Below, in pieces: positions 1 to 12,453 of a stretch of 64,000 bases of DNA. Every line of letters begins with the position of its first letter. The stretch's first letter is position 1. Source of the DNA: Fistulifera solaris (taxonomy: Eukaryota); NCBI GenBank assembly GCA_030295235.1, contig AP026131.1, forward strand, positions 1,116,001 through 1,180,000, given 5' to 3'. The position numbers and the translations under genes are program-made. The notes below the pieces were generated by a model, which was not told the origin of the DNA, searched no databases, and worked only from the letters and a program-made list of their open reading frames with translations.

Positions 1-89
1 TGCGCGTGGGTAGTGCGTTTGACGATTTCATGGGGCAGTGCCGTAAACCCAGTGAACTAGAGCAAGAACCAAATGATGAAATAATATAA
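1..89 (+). CDS. Possible 3' end of a gene entering from the left edge
   Basis: Open frame from nt 3 (RVGSAFDDFMGQCRKPSELEQEPNDEII) to TAA 87-89, followed by an AT-rich spacer convergent with the dPGM gene. Confidence 0.35.
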   Translation, partial: RVGSAFDDFMGQCRKPSELEQEPNDEII

Positions 90-133
90 TAGTATTATAT
101 GATCACAAAACTGATTAGCAACAGGAGAAGGAT

Positions 134-1249
134 CTACGCGACTTCCGAACGACCGGGTCGATCGATTTCAGCCTCGAAGAAGGAACTTCCCTCGAACGAC
201 CTCGACGATGCTGCTTGCGCTTCCGGAGAAGGACGACTGATATTGTATAGCTTATGAAAGGCATCTTTCCCGGACATTTCAAGATTTGTTGTGATTCTCG
301 TATCGTATACTTGCTGACGATCGCGTTGTAGAATATCACGAACGGCCTTGTCGCCGCCCAACCATTCACCACGAAGGTAGCCGGTCGCTTCGTCCAATTT
401 CCCATCTTGCCGAGCTACTGGTTTCAGATTCTCGTCAAGACGGTACGCTAGTGGGACAGCACGGGGGAGGCATAGGTTGATGATGTCCTCTTTTCCAATA
501 TCTTCTAACCGCATAATCAATGATCGCAGATTGTTTTCATGACCTACGATGAGTACTGTCTTTCCATCTCGTAAAGAAGGTGCAATCACTTCGTCCCAAT
601 AGACACTGGATCGTTTCATTGTATCATGCAATGATTCCGATTCGGGAATGGAATTGAGCATCTGGTTATCAACAGGTTTGAGACATCCTGCAATTTTCTC
701 GTCAGGCACACATATACATAGAATATAACTTACCTCTCGATACCGGGGATCTTTACCCGGATAATAAGGGTGATCTCGGGTCATCGGCGGCGGGGGCTCA
801 TCGTACGATCGACGCCAGCGTTTGACTTGATCTACACCAAATTGACTGACGACTTCTTTCTTATTCTTTCCCACCAAATCACCGTACGAACGCTCATTTA
901 AACGCCAGTGCTTGTATACGGGCAAATACTCTTGTCCCAATTCCATCAACGCCAGATTGGCGGTCCGAATCGTGCGGCGTAACAGAGACGTATGGACCTC
1001 GTCAAAACGAATACCGGCGTTGAACATCATTTGACCCGCCACACGAGCTTCCAAGACGCCATCGTCGGTGAGGGGAGTGTCCGTCCAGCCGATAAAACGA
1101 TTGTCACGATTCCAGGTCGACTGTCCGTGACGAAGAAAGCAGAGTTGATAGGGAGTGTCTTGATTGAGTGATGTAAAAGACGCTTTTTGCCCTCGTGCTA
1201 CCGGGGCCTGCGGAAGAGAGCCATGAAGCAACGTTCGTGCTGCTTTCAT
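134..1249 (-). CDS. gpmA: 2,3-BPG-dependent phosphoglycerate mutase (dPGM), probably mitochondrial; intron 662-733
   Basis: LRHGQSTWN, FIGWTD, WRLNERSYG, WRRSYD, GHENNLR motifs; 72-nt GTAAGT..CAG in-frame intron; Arg-containing, acid-free N-terminal extension. Confidence 0.92.
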   Translation of the reverse strand: MKAARTLLHGSLPQAPVARGQKASFTSLNQDTPYQLCFLRHGQSTWNRDNRFIGWTDTPLTDDGVLEARVAGQMMFNAGIRFDEVHTSLLRRTIRTANLALMELGQEYLPVYKHWRLNERSYGDLVGKNKKEVVSQFGVDQVKRWRRSYDEPPPPMTRDHPYYPGKDPRYREVSYILCICVPDEKIAGCLKPVDNQMLNSIPESESLHDTMKRSSVYWDEVIAPSLRDGKTVLIVGHENNLRSLIMRLEDIGKEDIINLCLPRAVPLAYRLDENLKPVARQDGKLDEATGYLRGEWLGGDKAVRDILQRDRQQVYDTRITTNLEMSGKDAFHKLYNISRPSPEAQAASSRSFEGSSFFEAEIDRPGRSEVA

Positions 1250-2065
1250 GGTGATTTAATGTCGGCTTTGTAGGAGCTTCAATTCAAATTATGCACGGAT
1301 CTTGTCAACAATGGAGTAATGAACTCGCTAGCCATCCGTATCCATCCGATCAAATGTCTCGGAGTGAGACAAAGAGTGGTTTCCTGCCGGAAACTTGACA
1401 CCCATTTACGTGGCACACTTGGGTGAAGAAGAGAAAGAGAACAAGTGGCGAAAAGCGGGAAAGCTTTCTCACAGTTGAACGGAAAAACTGGCCGAAAAAA
1501 GTACAGATTTATGTCGGTACGACAATCATTTTACTTGTTAGGACGTTTTGTAGTATCGAAGCGTGGCGAACATGGACCCAAGATCCAAGAACAACATCTG
1601 TCATCGGTGCTACGTCAGCAGTATTTGTTCTTTGGAGTATTATTTTTCGTGGTAGTCTCCAAAGTACTATATACCTGGTAGAGCAGGAGTCACGGTCACG
1701 CGTGTTTTTCGTGCTTCTGAGAAGAATGCCGGGACTGATCTTGGCTGAGTCGTCAACGCGTCGCATATTTTTTTACTCTCCTAATAAGAAATAAATAAAC
1801 TAAGGCAACGAAACAGGGTAACCTAGTTTAAGATCAACAATACGATCAAACCGATTCAAAGCGAGGTTTTAAAGCTGACCTTCAATGAATCTTATAGACG
1901 GTCTTAAATGAATGAGGGCCGATGTCTAATTAGGTAATGAACTTCATAGGTAATGAGTATCACTTTTATTAGTTAATCGTCAATTACATCTAAAATTGCA
2001 TGCTATTGTTTCTAGCAAGACGCTTCGCTATAATTCATTTTATATAACATGCCGCTTGACAAGGC

Positions 2066-3985
2066 TTATAGCGAAACATGAGATGATCGACCCCTGGGAT
2101 TATGAATTGGAGTTGTCGAGAGAACATTTCCGTCGGCATCCATAACTGTAGCCATCCATTCATACCAAACGCGTTTGTCGTCTATCTTACGCCAGATGGA
2201 GGTCTCGATGATACCTTGCGGCGGAATATGGACCGGATGTTGTAGAGGAAAGTACAGAGGAAACCAAGAGAACATGCCCACGGAAAAGGAATGCGGTGCG
2301 ATGGAAATTTTGTGCACGCCGTCGGGTGATAAGTCAGCTGAAAAGGAACCCAGCAGCCCCGTCACAATCCAGGTTTCCGTATCTGCCTCACTTGATGCGA
2401 CCATGTCATCAGCAGCGCCGTATCCTGGACCATATGCTATCGCCCCACGATTGTCACGAAAGACAAGCGTGACTTTCCGACTCGTATCATCCACTATGGT
2501 GGGATGTTCAAACGTCCAACATGTTTGCTCGGGAAACATTTGGCTAGCTGCGTGTGTCCGCACTACGTAAGGCGTTTCAACGGCAATTTGTTGCCCCACA
2601 ACTCGAGCATTATTATCCGGATAGAACGATTGTGCCATTACTTCCTGATGTAGTTTCAGCGAGCTCACGGGTGCCAGAAAGGAAGTGTAACGTGCAGGAA
2701 CGCTCTGGACGTCGGGTCGACACCGTTTCAATAGAGCGTCCAGGCATTCAGGAGACAATTCATTGCATCCAAACGACCCTAATAGCTCACTTACAATGAG
2801 GTCAGCCTGTTGACAATATTGATCTTCCAGCGATCGCAGATCAGTTTGAATTACTTGTACTTTATATTGCTGCCAAAGGGGATCGAACTGCTGTTTCGAC
2901 TGCAAATACAAGACAGCCGACGGGTTCTTTTCCACAGCAATCACACGTAACAATGTCGCTGACTGTGACTCACGATATGCCTGTAAGACGGCCGTTACGA
3001 GGGGCCCACGTCCTGCTCCTACTACCAAAACCGACGTGTTTGTTCCTGCTTGTCGTTCGGTTAAGAAAGACCGGCATGCATCCTGGTATCGTTGATATTT
3101 GATGGGATCGCCTTCGAACACTTCATATGTCGCAAATAAGAGATGATCTTGCAAAGGTTGCAACGGCTTCTGCAGTGCATCTAGATAGTCATGCTCATCT
3201 TGAGCATTCGAAGAGTCCAAGACGGCAGTAACGGAGTCTCGATTTCGAAGGTGCTGCAAATACTGCTGAAAATTCACACGGTTCGTCGCTGCAGTGTCAT
3301 TGATCAACAGCACCTTCAAAGTACGCCCCAAACGCTTCAACAGATATTCGATGATGTACTGATGCGGCTTGGCGAGTGTCGGGTAGCCTTGTCTGTTGGT
3401 CAGGAAGAGACTTGTTCGGATGGAAAAGCTTTTGATAGGACCACAGCCAATAAGATTATGCATTAAAGTCATCTGTTTTGCCATATGCTCCCGTGGATCG
3501 CCAACTATGGGCGGAATCTCAAGCAATACTCCCACCAAAGAAGGATATTGGCAGGCGGAAATGATGTTTTTCCAACTTCGAATGGAAGCCGCGTCCAGAC
3601 AAACGGGAACCCACAATTGGAACGAGCCTCCCGCCTCTTGTAATGCGCTCATAGCTAAACTAGCCAACTGCTGAGAATATTGAGGAACGTTGTCATCAGG
3701 CGTAGGTAAAATCACGGCAGGCAAGTTCATATGCCATGCCCAGGGCAAGTAGTTGGGCCATTCCTCAATGGTTCCGGGGCATCTTCCAACGACGCTCGTA
3801 CGCCACCACTTTGCTTCGACAACAGTGACATCGGATCTAGTCTGGTTATTAAGCCCTCCGCCGACGTGAGGCAGATCGGTAACGACATAATCGAACGATT
3901 CCGGTCGGACGGTTTGCAAGGCGACGGCAACATCGTGACTGAACGTATCCTCTTGATAGCCGAGCAACAACGAGGCCTCAGTCAT
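2066..3985 (-). CDS. PRMT5: Protein arginine N-methyltransferase 5 (Skb1/Hsl7 family)
   Basis: LQKPLQPLQDHL, TYEVFEGDPIKY, VVGAGRGPLV, VSELLGSFGCNELSPECLD, GMFSWFPLYFP, IHNPRGRS. Confidence 0.95.
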   Translation of the reverse strand: MTEASLLLGYQEDTFSHDVAVALQTVRPESFDYVVTDLPHVGGGLNNQTRSDVTVVEAKWWRTSVVGRCPGTIEEWPNYLPWAWHMNLPAVILPTPDDNVPQYSQQLASLAMSALQEAGGSFQLWVPVCLDAASIRSWKNIISACQYPSLVGVLLEIPPIVGDPREHMAKQMTLMHNLIGCGPIKSFSIRTSLFLTNRQGYPTLAKPHQYIIEYLLKRLGRTLKVLLINDTAATNRVNFQQYLQHLRNRDSVTAVLDSSNAQDEHDYLDALQKPLQPLQDHLLFATYEVFEGDPIKYQRYQDACRSFLTERQAGTNTSVLVVGAGRGPLVTAVLQAYRESQSATLLRVIAVEKNPSAVLYLQSKQQFDPLWQQYKVQVIQTDLRSLEDQYCQQADLIVSELLGSFGCNELSPECLDALLKRCRPDVQSVPARYTSFLAPVSSLKLHQEVMAQSFYPDNNARVVGQQIAVETPYVVRTHAASQMFPEQTCWTFEHPTIVDDTSRKVTLVFRDNRGAIAYGPGYGAADDMVASSEADTETWIVTGLLGSFSADLSPDGVHKISIAPHSFSVGMFSWFPLYFPLQHPVHIPPQGIIETSIWRKIDDKRVWYEWMATVMDADGNVLSTTPIHNPRGRSSHVSL

Positions 3986-4343
3986 TCTATCCTCAGCAAA
4001 TAAAGTTGCACAATTTTGTAAAAACTCCCTTAGAGAAGCTTACCGGTGATTAATGATAATCATCGACGCAGCGCTATTATGCTGCGTTTTTTGTGAGACG
4101 GATGGATGGCGAAATAAAGTTTTCGCGGACGAGAGAAAAGATACCCATCGCAAACAAAGGACGGAAGGCCAGGCGACTCACAAAATGGGCTAAGGCGAAA
4201 GGCGAAGAGATGCGGTAACAGGTAGTGCCTCAATTAGCTTCCTACGTTGCAAGCGATTATTGACAATCAACACAATATTTTTCTGCAAAATAAGACTAAT
4301 ATTGGAAGTTAGATGAAATCATGGGAATAATTTGACGAAAACC

Positions 4344-6629
4344 TCACAAGCCATAGGAAGCCAATCGTGATTGCGACAGCCCATCAATAACTTTTGACTT
4401 TTTGTCATTCTTGCTGGCCTTTTTCTTCTTTGCTTTCTTGTCCTGTTTCACATTGGGGTTTCCTGCCTTGTCATTGCTCGATCCTTTCTTTCCTTTCTTA
4501 TCAAGATTCGAAGTAATCTTTGTTTTACCGTCGTCTCCCGTCTCGTGTTCTACTCCCTTCGACGACTCTTCGGTAGTCGCATTTTCCCTGATTATGCCGT
4601 CTTTATTTTTAATATCTTCAGCATCTTTCGATTCTGCCGCCGAGTTGTTTTTTCTTTTTGCGGCGACGCTTCGATTTAGAAGTTTCGATATTTGCATCTG
4701 GCGTGCTCTTGGCAGGTCCTTCTGCCGCCACTTGCTTCGCTTCGTCTTCGCCTTTCTTACTTCGTTTGCGTCTTCTCTTTTTCTGCTTCTGATCGGTGTC
4801 GCCGTCTTGATTCTCTTCAACATACTCGTGATCCACACCTGCTTCTTGTTGAAGCAGCTCATCTATTTCTCTTCTGGCCATTTCGCGGAATCGTCGCCGT
4901 TTGCGACTGTTGACAACGTACTCGCCGTCCTCTTGGTACGGTGCAAGTTTTTTCAAGGAGACAAACTGCTTGAGTGTTGAATCACGACAGAAAAGAATCT
5001 CCTCCGTTGATAAGCCATAATTGTTGGGTTTTACTTGTTTGTATTTGAAACGAGTTGGCAAATCCGCAATGATGTCTTCATAATCTAGCTTGTAAAGTTC
5101 GTCCATCATTCTACTTTTCACTTTGCGCTCAAGCTCTGTTTCCTCTCCTCCGTTGTCTTCGTAAGGTTCTTCTTCCATGTCATCGGGCCAATCTTCTTCG
5201 TTATCACCTTCATGGTCATTTTCAACGTCATCTCCCTCTTCCTCGTCGCCAACATCATAAAGGCCTCCCTCGGCATCGTCCTGGCCGACCAACAAAGCCC
5301 CATCTTCATCCGTCTTTAAGCTTTCACGGACATCAAGATCGCTCTTCCATTGAGAGTCCTGCTTCTGGTAAAAGTCATCCCCGTATGTATCTTTCATCAG
5401 CGATTCAAATTTATCCGGGTCGAAATCCCCTTCCAGTAGCTGAAGCAGCATTGCTTCGTCGACTGCTCCCTCATCGAGATCGCCCAAAACGGTTTTGATT
5501 TGCTTCATTTTTTCTTCCAGTTCTTGCCGCTTCGCATTCTTCAAGCGACGAAGCTGCTCCTCCTTCGCCTGTCTTTCCAAGGCCTTTCGTTCTTGGCGGG
5601 CCAAACGCTTTTCTCGTCTTGTTTCATCTTTTCGTCTCAAAGTGTTCATTGTTTGTCCGCGTGCGTATGAGATATTGGAAAGGTCTGCGCCAGACTGGGT
5701 CCGCGACGCGGCTTCTTCGAAGCGGAAATTATATTGTGCTTCAAAATCATCTGCCTGGTCTAACTCGTCTAGCGAAGCGTCGTCATCCCCCGATCGGACT
5801 GCGGCTGACTTCATTGGAATTTCTCCATTCGAGTTATCATCATCGTCACTACTGGACTCAGAATCGTCTCTCTCAGTATCCAACCAAGCTCGTTTCTTAA
5901 AGTAATTCAGCAAAAACTCTCGCCATTTTGAACCTCTCCGCGAGGGTCCACTAGGTCGCTTTTCTCGCCGATTGTCGCTTCTAGTTTCGCAATCTCTTCC
6001 TGTAATTTCTGCTCGCTCTCTGGGTCCATTTGTTGACGGTCTTTTGATTTGATGACGAGAAGACCCTCGTCGTCACTTTCATCTTTCGCCGAGTCCAAGA
6101 AAGCTTTACGAATGGCTCTTTGCTCATCATCGTAGGCATAGCGAAACCTCTGATCATCTCCAATGTGCTCTCCTTCCTCATCGTGGTGACTTTCGCCTTC
6201 TTGGTCGTCCTCTTCCTCTTTTCTCATCTTTTCGAGTATTTCTTCTCTAACAACGTCCTTGTAACGCTTTGGTTTCGTTTTCTTTTGTACGTCGTCATCG
6301 CTGCTGCTAGTTTCCTTTTCCGTGTCATTATCAAAAAATTTGGTCGAGGGGTCATAAACTTGTTGTTCTTTGTTACGAATAGCATTCAAAGTTTTCATAA
6401 TATTGACATCCAGATCAGTCGTGAGGAGTTCACCGTCTTCATCTTCGCTTGAGTCATCATCGTCGGTACCACTTTCATCATCATAGTCCTTGTGCGCCGC
6501 TAACTCTTGTTTTTGTTTGCGTTTTTCGTAGGCGGAGGCAAACTTCTTGTTGATACGGAACTCGTTCTCTTCTTCTCTATCCGACTCCTCCTCGTCAGAA
6601 GACAACAGCAATTTCGAAGATTTGTTCAT
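4344..6629 (-). CDS. KRI1: KRI1 homolog (40S biogenesis), split by two frameshifts (~5915, ~4650)
   Basis: FRINKKFA, YNFRFEE, LYKLDYEDII, TRFKY, YGLSTEEIL, C-terminal SRLASYGL across ORFs 5907-6629, 4618-5913, 4344-4862. Confidence 0.9.
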
Positions 6630-7673
6630 TAGCGATTGGTTATCTTGGGCTGGAATAAGTAATCTATTGATGTTTGAATGTAAAATAGACTATAAATTGA
6701 TAATTCATGCTTGCCAAGAGAATAGTAAGGGAGCAAGGCGCAAATTTTGTCATCGTGTAAAATCGGTTGGCCGAATGTGCGGTCTGTTCGGCCTGCGTCC
6801 GTCAAACACAGAATCTGATAGGGTTGACGTTAGGGGGTTAGGGCTTAGGGCTTGGTGTTTTATTCACGTTTCTCGCCCACGCATGTATGTCGGAGTCGAA
6901 GGGCTAATCAAAGAGTTCGTTTTTGGTCACGGGTATCTAAACATCATAAAACTAGCTATAAGTAGTTGTGTAGGCTTAAGTGTTATTTGAATGTGTGTGG
7001 GACACACAGTGTAGTCTTGGGTTTTATGGTCGAATGTTCCAGTTTCTCAAAAACGTAAAAGGGCCCAGAATAAGAATAAGTAGTGTTGCTGGTATTTAAA
7101 AAGATCTTTGAATACAAGGGCCAGGAGCCAATAAGTGCCATTGTTCCATCGCCAATGGCCTTCGTTTGAAACTTTACTGGAAATATGGGCCCAAAGACAT
7201 GAGTCACGGACGGCTACTTTGTGCAGGATACCAAAACTACAAGAACGCAAAGTATCAAACTGCGGCTTAAGGGCTTATGAATGAGCACCAAAATTAACTT
7301 CTTTGATTATGTCTTGGAGCCTATTATTGGCGATCGACGACACTCTTTGTCACCACTGCAATAAAAACCAACTGTATTCGTGAAAGAGACCTTCTGTAGG
7401 CAATTATTCAATGAGCAGACGACCGTTGGTATTTTTGTGATTGACACTACTGAAAAATCTACTGGAAACTGGCACTGTTCCCGTATTTTGTGGATGATAG
7501 TTTGGTTCAAAGAATTGTTACTTTGTGTGTGATACAAAATGGTCATTGTCACGAAACATCGCGACTGCCTTTTCTCGAACATCGCAACAATCGCGCGTTG
7601 GTTCATTCCAATGTTTTGGTTAACAACATCATCAAATCGTGCAAAATCATTTGTTATAACGAACTTCTTCAAA

Positions 7674-8616
7674 ATGAATCTCGACAGTGCGATTCCACCC
7701 ACTCTACGTCGATCATTATCCCAGGATAGTGAGGCTTACGGCAAAATAGAGGATCGAAAGCGAGGATTTCGAAAAGGAATGTTCGAGCAGCGAGCTGTTC
7801 GAATGTCACCACGGACTTTCGTGAACCATCCAACCTGCAAAAGCCTCCGCATTCTGACATCAAGGAGCTCACGAGGAGACACACGTTTTCTAGTCGCGAC
7901 GAAAATGAGATCACTGGACACCATGACGGAGGTAAAAGTGTGCTCAGCTACTCATCACACCGAACCGCATCAACGGTAGCAACATCCGGAACATCAAGCA
8001 CGTGCCCAACATTAGCGTCCAATAAACGCTCCCCGAAACCAGAGAAAAGTAAAAAGAGAAAAGAGGTTACGTGGGAGGACATGCTAGGCAAGGGGCCGCT
8101 GGTCCGAAGGGATACTCAACCAGCGGTAATGGATGACATCCTTTTGAAGCGATTAGTCTTGAAGACAACTCAATCAAAGCCGCAAGAAAGTTGAAAGATT
8201 TGGAGAGGGAATTTAAAAAGCTGGAAACAAGTATACCAGAGGCATGCAAAATGGAGCTCGCGTACCTCAATCAAGCCGGCGAAGTAAAAATGAAACGCGA
8301 CCATTGGAAGAAGCAACTCATGGCCATGCGAGATCATCCTACGGAGACTATTGACGATATGAAAGCATGCAAGAAGCTTGAAAGCAAAATCGAAAAGTCA
8401 AGGCGTGTTGAAAGTCTTTATCTCAAGAAATCCAAAGAGCTACACGATAGACGTTATCGATGGACTCAGCAGTACGAGTACACCATTCGTGAATGGGAGA
8501 AGCTAGGTGGCGAAGCAAGAGTTAATATATTGCTAAAGCTACCACCTGTTCGGCCCCCTACCGTCGTTGGCAGTGGAAGCCGAAGAGTCGCGGCTGTTTC
8601 TTCGACGGAGAACTGA
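7674..8616 (+). CDS. Hypothetical protein with coiled-coil C-terminal half, apparently frameshifted
   Basis: Three abutting + strand ORFs (from ATG 7674, 7940-8194, 8191-8616); charged helical composition; no family recognised. Confidence 0.45.
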
Positions 8617-9112
8617 TGGCGTTTTACGTTATTGCAGACGATTTGATTTCGCCCTATAAATTATAAGATTCACGTTGTATCCCCTTGCTAGTTCGAATTC
8701 ACGGAAGTCCGGTTGCGGAGAATTGACGTGTGCCGACTCGAATACAGTTTTAAAGCTGATATCGGAGTCCTAGTAAGACCGATCAACTACGGAGAATGAA
8801 AAATAAACTGGTTACTTGACAACCGCAGCAATAAATTAAGGTAGATGCGGTACCTAGAGTTGTTTCATCATGACGACAGTAGCTTTTTCTGCTAACCTAA
8901 TGCAGCTAGAACCAATGTGTGACATCCACGGAGAATGAATCTTCGGATGAGGCAATCACAAGCCTCGAACGAATAATCACAGCATTGAAATACACTACTG
9001 CAATCTTTGGCTTCTCGAATCAAAGACTTTACTATGATTCAACTTCTATGTTGATTAGATAAAGCTTCACAGTAGCCTCTCTTTTGCCAAATAAAAATTC
9101 AGCAAAGAGAGC

Positions 9113-9367
9113 TTATTTCTTGGCACGTCCGGGAGTAACAAGCTCCCACAAACTGACGGTAAGCAAAAGCATACCGATGCTGCCGGTAGGGTACTCCGCC
9201 ATGGACGCTACACCCCAATCAATGAACATTGGGCGAGGAGTCAAGGCTTTCGAAGCAACGGGTGCAGCTGGCACACGTGCTTGGGTTGCGGCAGGACGCA
9301 CTGTGAAGGCCGAAACACTTTGAATAAGTGCAACCAAAAAAAGGACTAGGGTATGAAGCTTCATCAT
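9113..9367 (-). CDS. Small plastid-targeted single-pass membrane protein
   Basis: Signal peptide MKLHTLVLFLVALIQSVSA|F, Ala/Pro/Arg-rich transit peptide, hydrophobic GSIGMLLLTVSLWELV. Confidence 0.7.
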   Translation of the reverse strand: MMKLHTLVLFLVALIQSVSAFTVRPAATQARVPAAPVASKALTPRPMFIDWGVASMAEYPTGSIGMLLLTVSLWELVTPGRAKK

Positions 9368-9614
9368 CTTGTTCAATGGAGAGTCTACAAGCGACTGTGG
9401 TTGAAGAAAATTGATATTTGTGGAGATGTCAGAAAATTGTCAAGGTGGTCGTTTTCATAGAAAAAACTAGGAACAAAAAAGATACCACCTCAATCAAAGT
9501 GTCATTGACGTGCATCGCAACGGTAACGAGAATAGTAAATAATGTGGATCACACCTGTACGACATCATCCGGTACAGAATCACGTGCCAGAACCCAGTAC
9601 ACGTACACTCCGTT

Positions 9615-10571
9615 TTAAAAATGAGAAAAATGCCCTTTGTGCAACACAGGATCCATCGCGTGATCCCAAATAAAGGAACGCGATGCATGTCCTTCCTTTG
9701 CATGCACAGACAGTTCCAGTTCCTTGTATTCCAACTCGTGTGACCTGGTTATTCCGCCTGTCGCCACGACTTCGTTCATGAACTCAACAACCTGATTCCA
9801 AGCCGCTACAGCTTGTCTGGATCCCTCCCGATGCGCTTCAGGATTCACAAATGCATGCCCGACGCCATCATAGATTGTGACATTGTGCTCTATATCTCGT
9901 AGCTCCATGGCGTTAGCAAATCCCAGCGCTTGTTCCGGACTCGGTCGATCGTCTTCTGCACCGAAAATGCCCAAAATCGGCGAGAACATTCCCAACAATC
10001 CCCATGCCTCATCATCGGTTGCATCTTGTAAGCCATCTATGTAAGACCCATACAATGAAATGGTAGCCACAACTCCATTTCGTTTCGAAAATTCCAGTGC
10101 CTGTGATCCGCCAAAACAAAAACCCGGTCCACTCATGAGGAGTGACTCGTTAATGGCGACACTTTCTCGCAAATACTCCAGAGCAGCGTTCATATCGGCA
10201 TTGATGCGACTTTGGGGTGTACGACTCACGGTAGCAATGTTCCAAGGGATGTTCCACGACCGCGAAGAAACGCCTCGAAACAGATCGGGCGCCAACGCGA
10301 TGTATCCTTGTTCGGCCAACAAGTCGGCAAAATAAACAGGCTCTTCGCTCATACCATTCCAAGCATGCCATACTAGTGCCGTGGGATAAGTTGTTTCTTC
10401 ACTGTAACCAGGAGGCAACGCCAAATAGCCGCCCAGCGTCGTTCGGCCGTCGGACGAAGGGTATTGCACATTCGTGTATTTGCTCGAATTGAAAATCAGA
10501 CCGGTCAAAGCCATAGTCCGGCCGATGATCCGCCAGAACAGGGGCATGTGACGGAGATTTAAGATTGTCAT
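9615..10571 (-). CDS. Dienelactone hydrolase family protein (start may be at an internal Met)
   Basis: HAWNG, ALAPDLF, GFCFGG nucleophile motif, GAEDD, YDGVGHAF. Confidence 0.88.
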   Translation of the reverse strand: MTILNLRHMPLFWRIIGRTMALTGLIFNSSKYTNVQYPSSDGRTTLGGYLALPPGYSEETTYPTALVWHAWNGMSEEPVYFADLLAEQGYIALAPDLFRGVSSRSWNIPWNIATVSRTPQSRINADMNAALEYLRESVAINESLLMSGPGFCFGGSQALEFSKRNGVVATISLYGSYIDGLQDATDDEAWGLLGMFSPILGIFGAEDDRPSPEQALGFANAMELRDIEHNVTIYDGVGHAFVNPEAHREGSRQAVAAWNQVVEFMNEVVATGGITRSHELEYKELELSVHAKEGHASRSFIWDHAMDPVLHKGHFSHF

Positions 10572-11053
10572 TTATTGAGAAGAGTGCTCTGGTATTGAAA
10601 CAAGGAAACAGCGAAGTGAAAATACGGAGGAAATCATGTTGTTGTGGTGGAAGTTCCAAAAAGTGCGCGCCAGGCAAATTTCGCCGAATGACATCGCACC
10701 GGTTAGAATTCGGAGCTTAAACCAACAGTTTATTCCACACAAAAAGGATGTCGACGTCACCCACAGCCGGAACTGCGAACTCAACAACATGATGACGTAG
10801 CAGACGTACGCTCAAAAGAAAATGTCAGAACGGATCGTTTTTGCAAAGCAAGAAGAAAGATTTTGCATGCTGCATTATTTGAAGACTTTATGCCTTAGTT
10901 CATCGATTCTTCAAGAGTACAGAGACATTTTAAGATAGTTGCTCGTACCTTTGTTGCTGCTTTGCGTAATCGACTAGACTGTGCCGCCGCTCGAGTTATT
11001 TTACATACGCAGTGCTCCATCTTGACGACCTGAAGAAATTCGTTCCGAGCACA

Positions 11054-12369
11054 ATGAATCGTGTTGTTCCGTCGCTCGCCAGGACGCAGCGATCTTTGCG
11101 ATACTTCTCTTCGCCTTCGTACTGTCAGAAACTCATGTATCCTGTTATTTCGAAGGAGGATTTTGGTGCCTTTAAGGAGTATTCGGTGATTCACACGGAT
11201 CGTTCTTTGAATCTCATGAGTGACCCCTTTCAGCGAGTGATGCGCGATCTCAATCAACTTTTGAAAGTCACCTACAATGCCGATAAAGTCGTGATTATTC
11301 CGGGGTAAGTTTGAGGGGATGAGAGTCAGCGCAGTTTTCTACCGTTTTCTTAGTTCATTCGCATTTGTTCTACAGTTCGGGTACATTTGGTATGGAATCC
11401 GTCGCTCGTCAATTCGCCACCAACGAACACGTTATGGTGATTCGCAATGGCTGGTTTTCTTACCGCTGGACCGAGATTTTCGATATGGGTCACATCTGTC
11501 ACAGTCACACGGTTCTGAAAGCGGAACCGGCAAGCACCGTCAACGGACACACGCAGTTCGCCCCGCACGATATTGAAAAGGTCGTGGCGGCCATTCACAA
11601 CGAACGACCGGCGGTGGTCTTTGCCCCGCATGTGGAAACGTCGACGGGCATGATGCTGTCGGATGATTACATCGCACGCGTGACAGAAGCCGTGCACAAT
11701 GTGGGTGGTCTTTTTGTTCTAGATTGCATTGCCTCCGGAACCGTTTGGGTTGACATGAAGGCATTGGGTGTCGATGTTTTAATCACAGCTCCACAGAAAG
11801 GGTGGACGGGACCGCCATGTGCTGCCTTGGTTCAGCTCTCGCAAAAGGCTGTCGACAAACTACAAACGACCACAGAGACTTCTTTTAGCATGAGTCTGAA
11901 GCGCTGGAGTGCCATCATGGATACCTACGAGAAAGGTGGGTTTGGCTATCATACTACCATGCCGACAGATGCACTCCGCGACTTTCATGAGATTAGTGTA
12001 GAAACATTGAAAGTTGGCTTGCCGAATCTCCGAGAGGCGCAGCTCTCTTTGGGCAAACAAGCACGTGATATGTTGGACAGTAAAGGACTTGTTTCGGTGG
12101 CCGCCCCGGGTGCACAAGCCCCCGGCGTCTGTGTCTACTACTCGCCGGCTAATACTGACAACCCCGTCATGATGCAGCAATTCAAGCAGCAAGGATTGCA
12201 GATTGCTATGGGTGTACCGTGGAAGATTGACGAACCGGAAGGTTTGAAGACCTTCCGCATTGGTTTGTTTGGTCTGGACAAACTAGGAAACATTCCCCGT
12301 ACCTTGTCTCTTTTGGAGAGTTCCTTAGATGTCGTCATGTCCGATCTGGCCGTTCCGAAAGCGGCTTAG
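11054..12369 (+). CDS. Class-V PLP aminotransferase (alanine-glyoxylate/serine-pyruvate type), likely mitochondrial; intron 11305-11375
   Basis: EYSVIHTDRSLNLMS, spliced IIPG|SGTFGME, PHVETSTG, LDCIASG, TAPQKGW (PLP Lys), FRIGLFG; Arg/Ser-rich presequence. Confidence 0.9.
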
Positions 12370-12453
12370 AAAATTTAATGAAATAGATAGTTTTGAAAAA
12401 GATAATAGGATTTCAGTCAATGCTCTACTGAATCTTTCGTGGAACATTAAAAC

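Noticed and set aside
662..733. 24-aa insertion in dPGM (and 21-aa in AP2, 23372-23434)
   Set aside because: Both are stop-free 3n introns with canonical GT-AG ends
8685..8730. GTTCGAAT T-loop-like motif
   Set aside because: No cloverleaf stems or A-box; no tRNA supported
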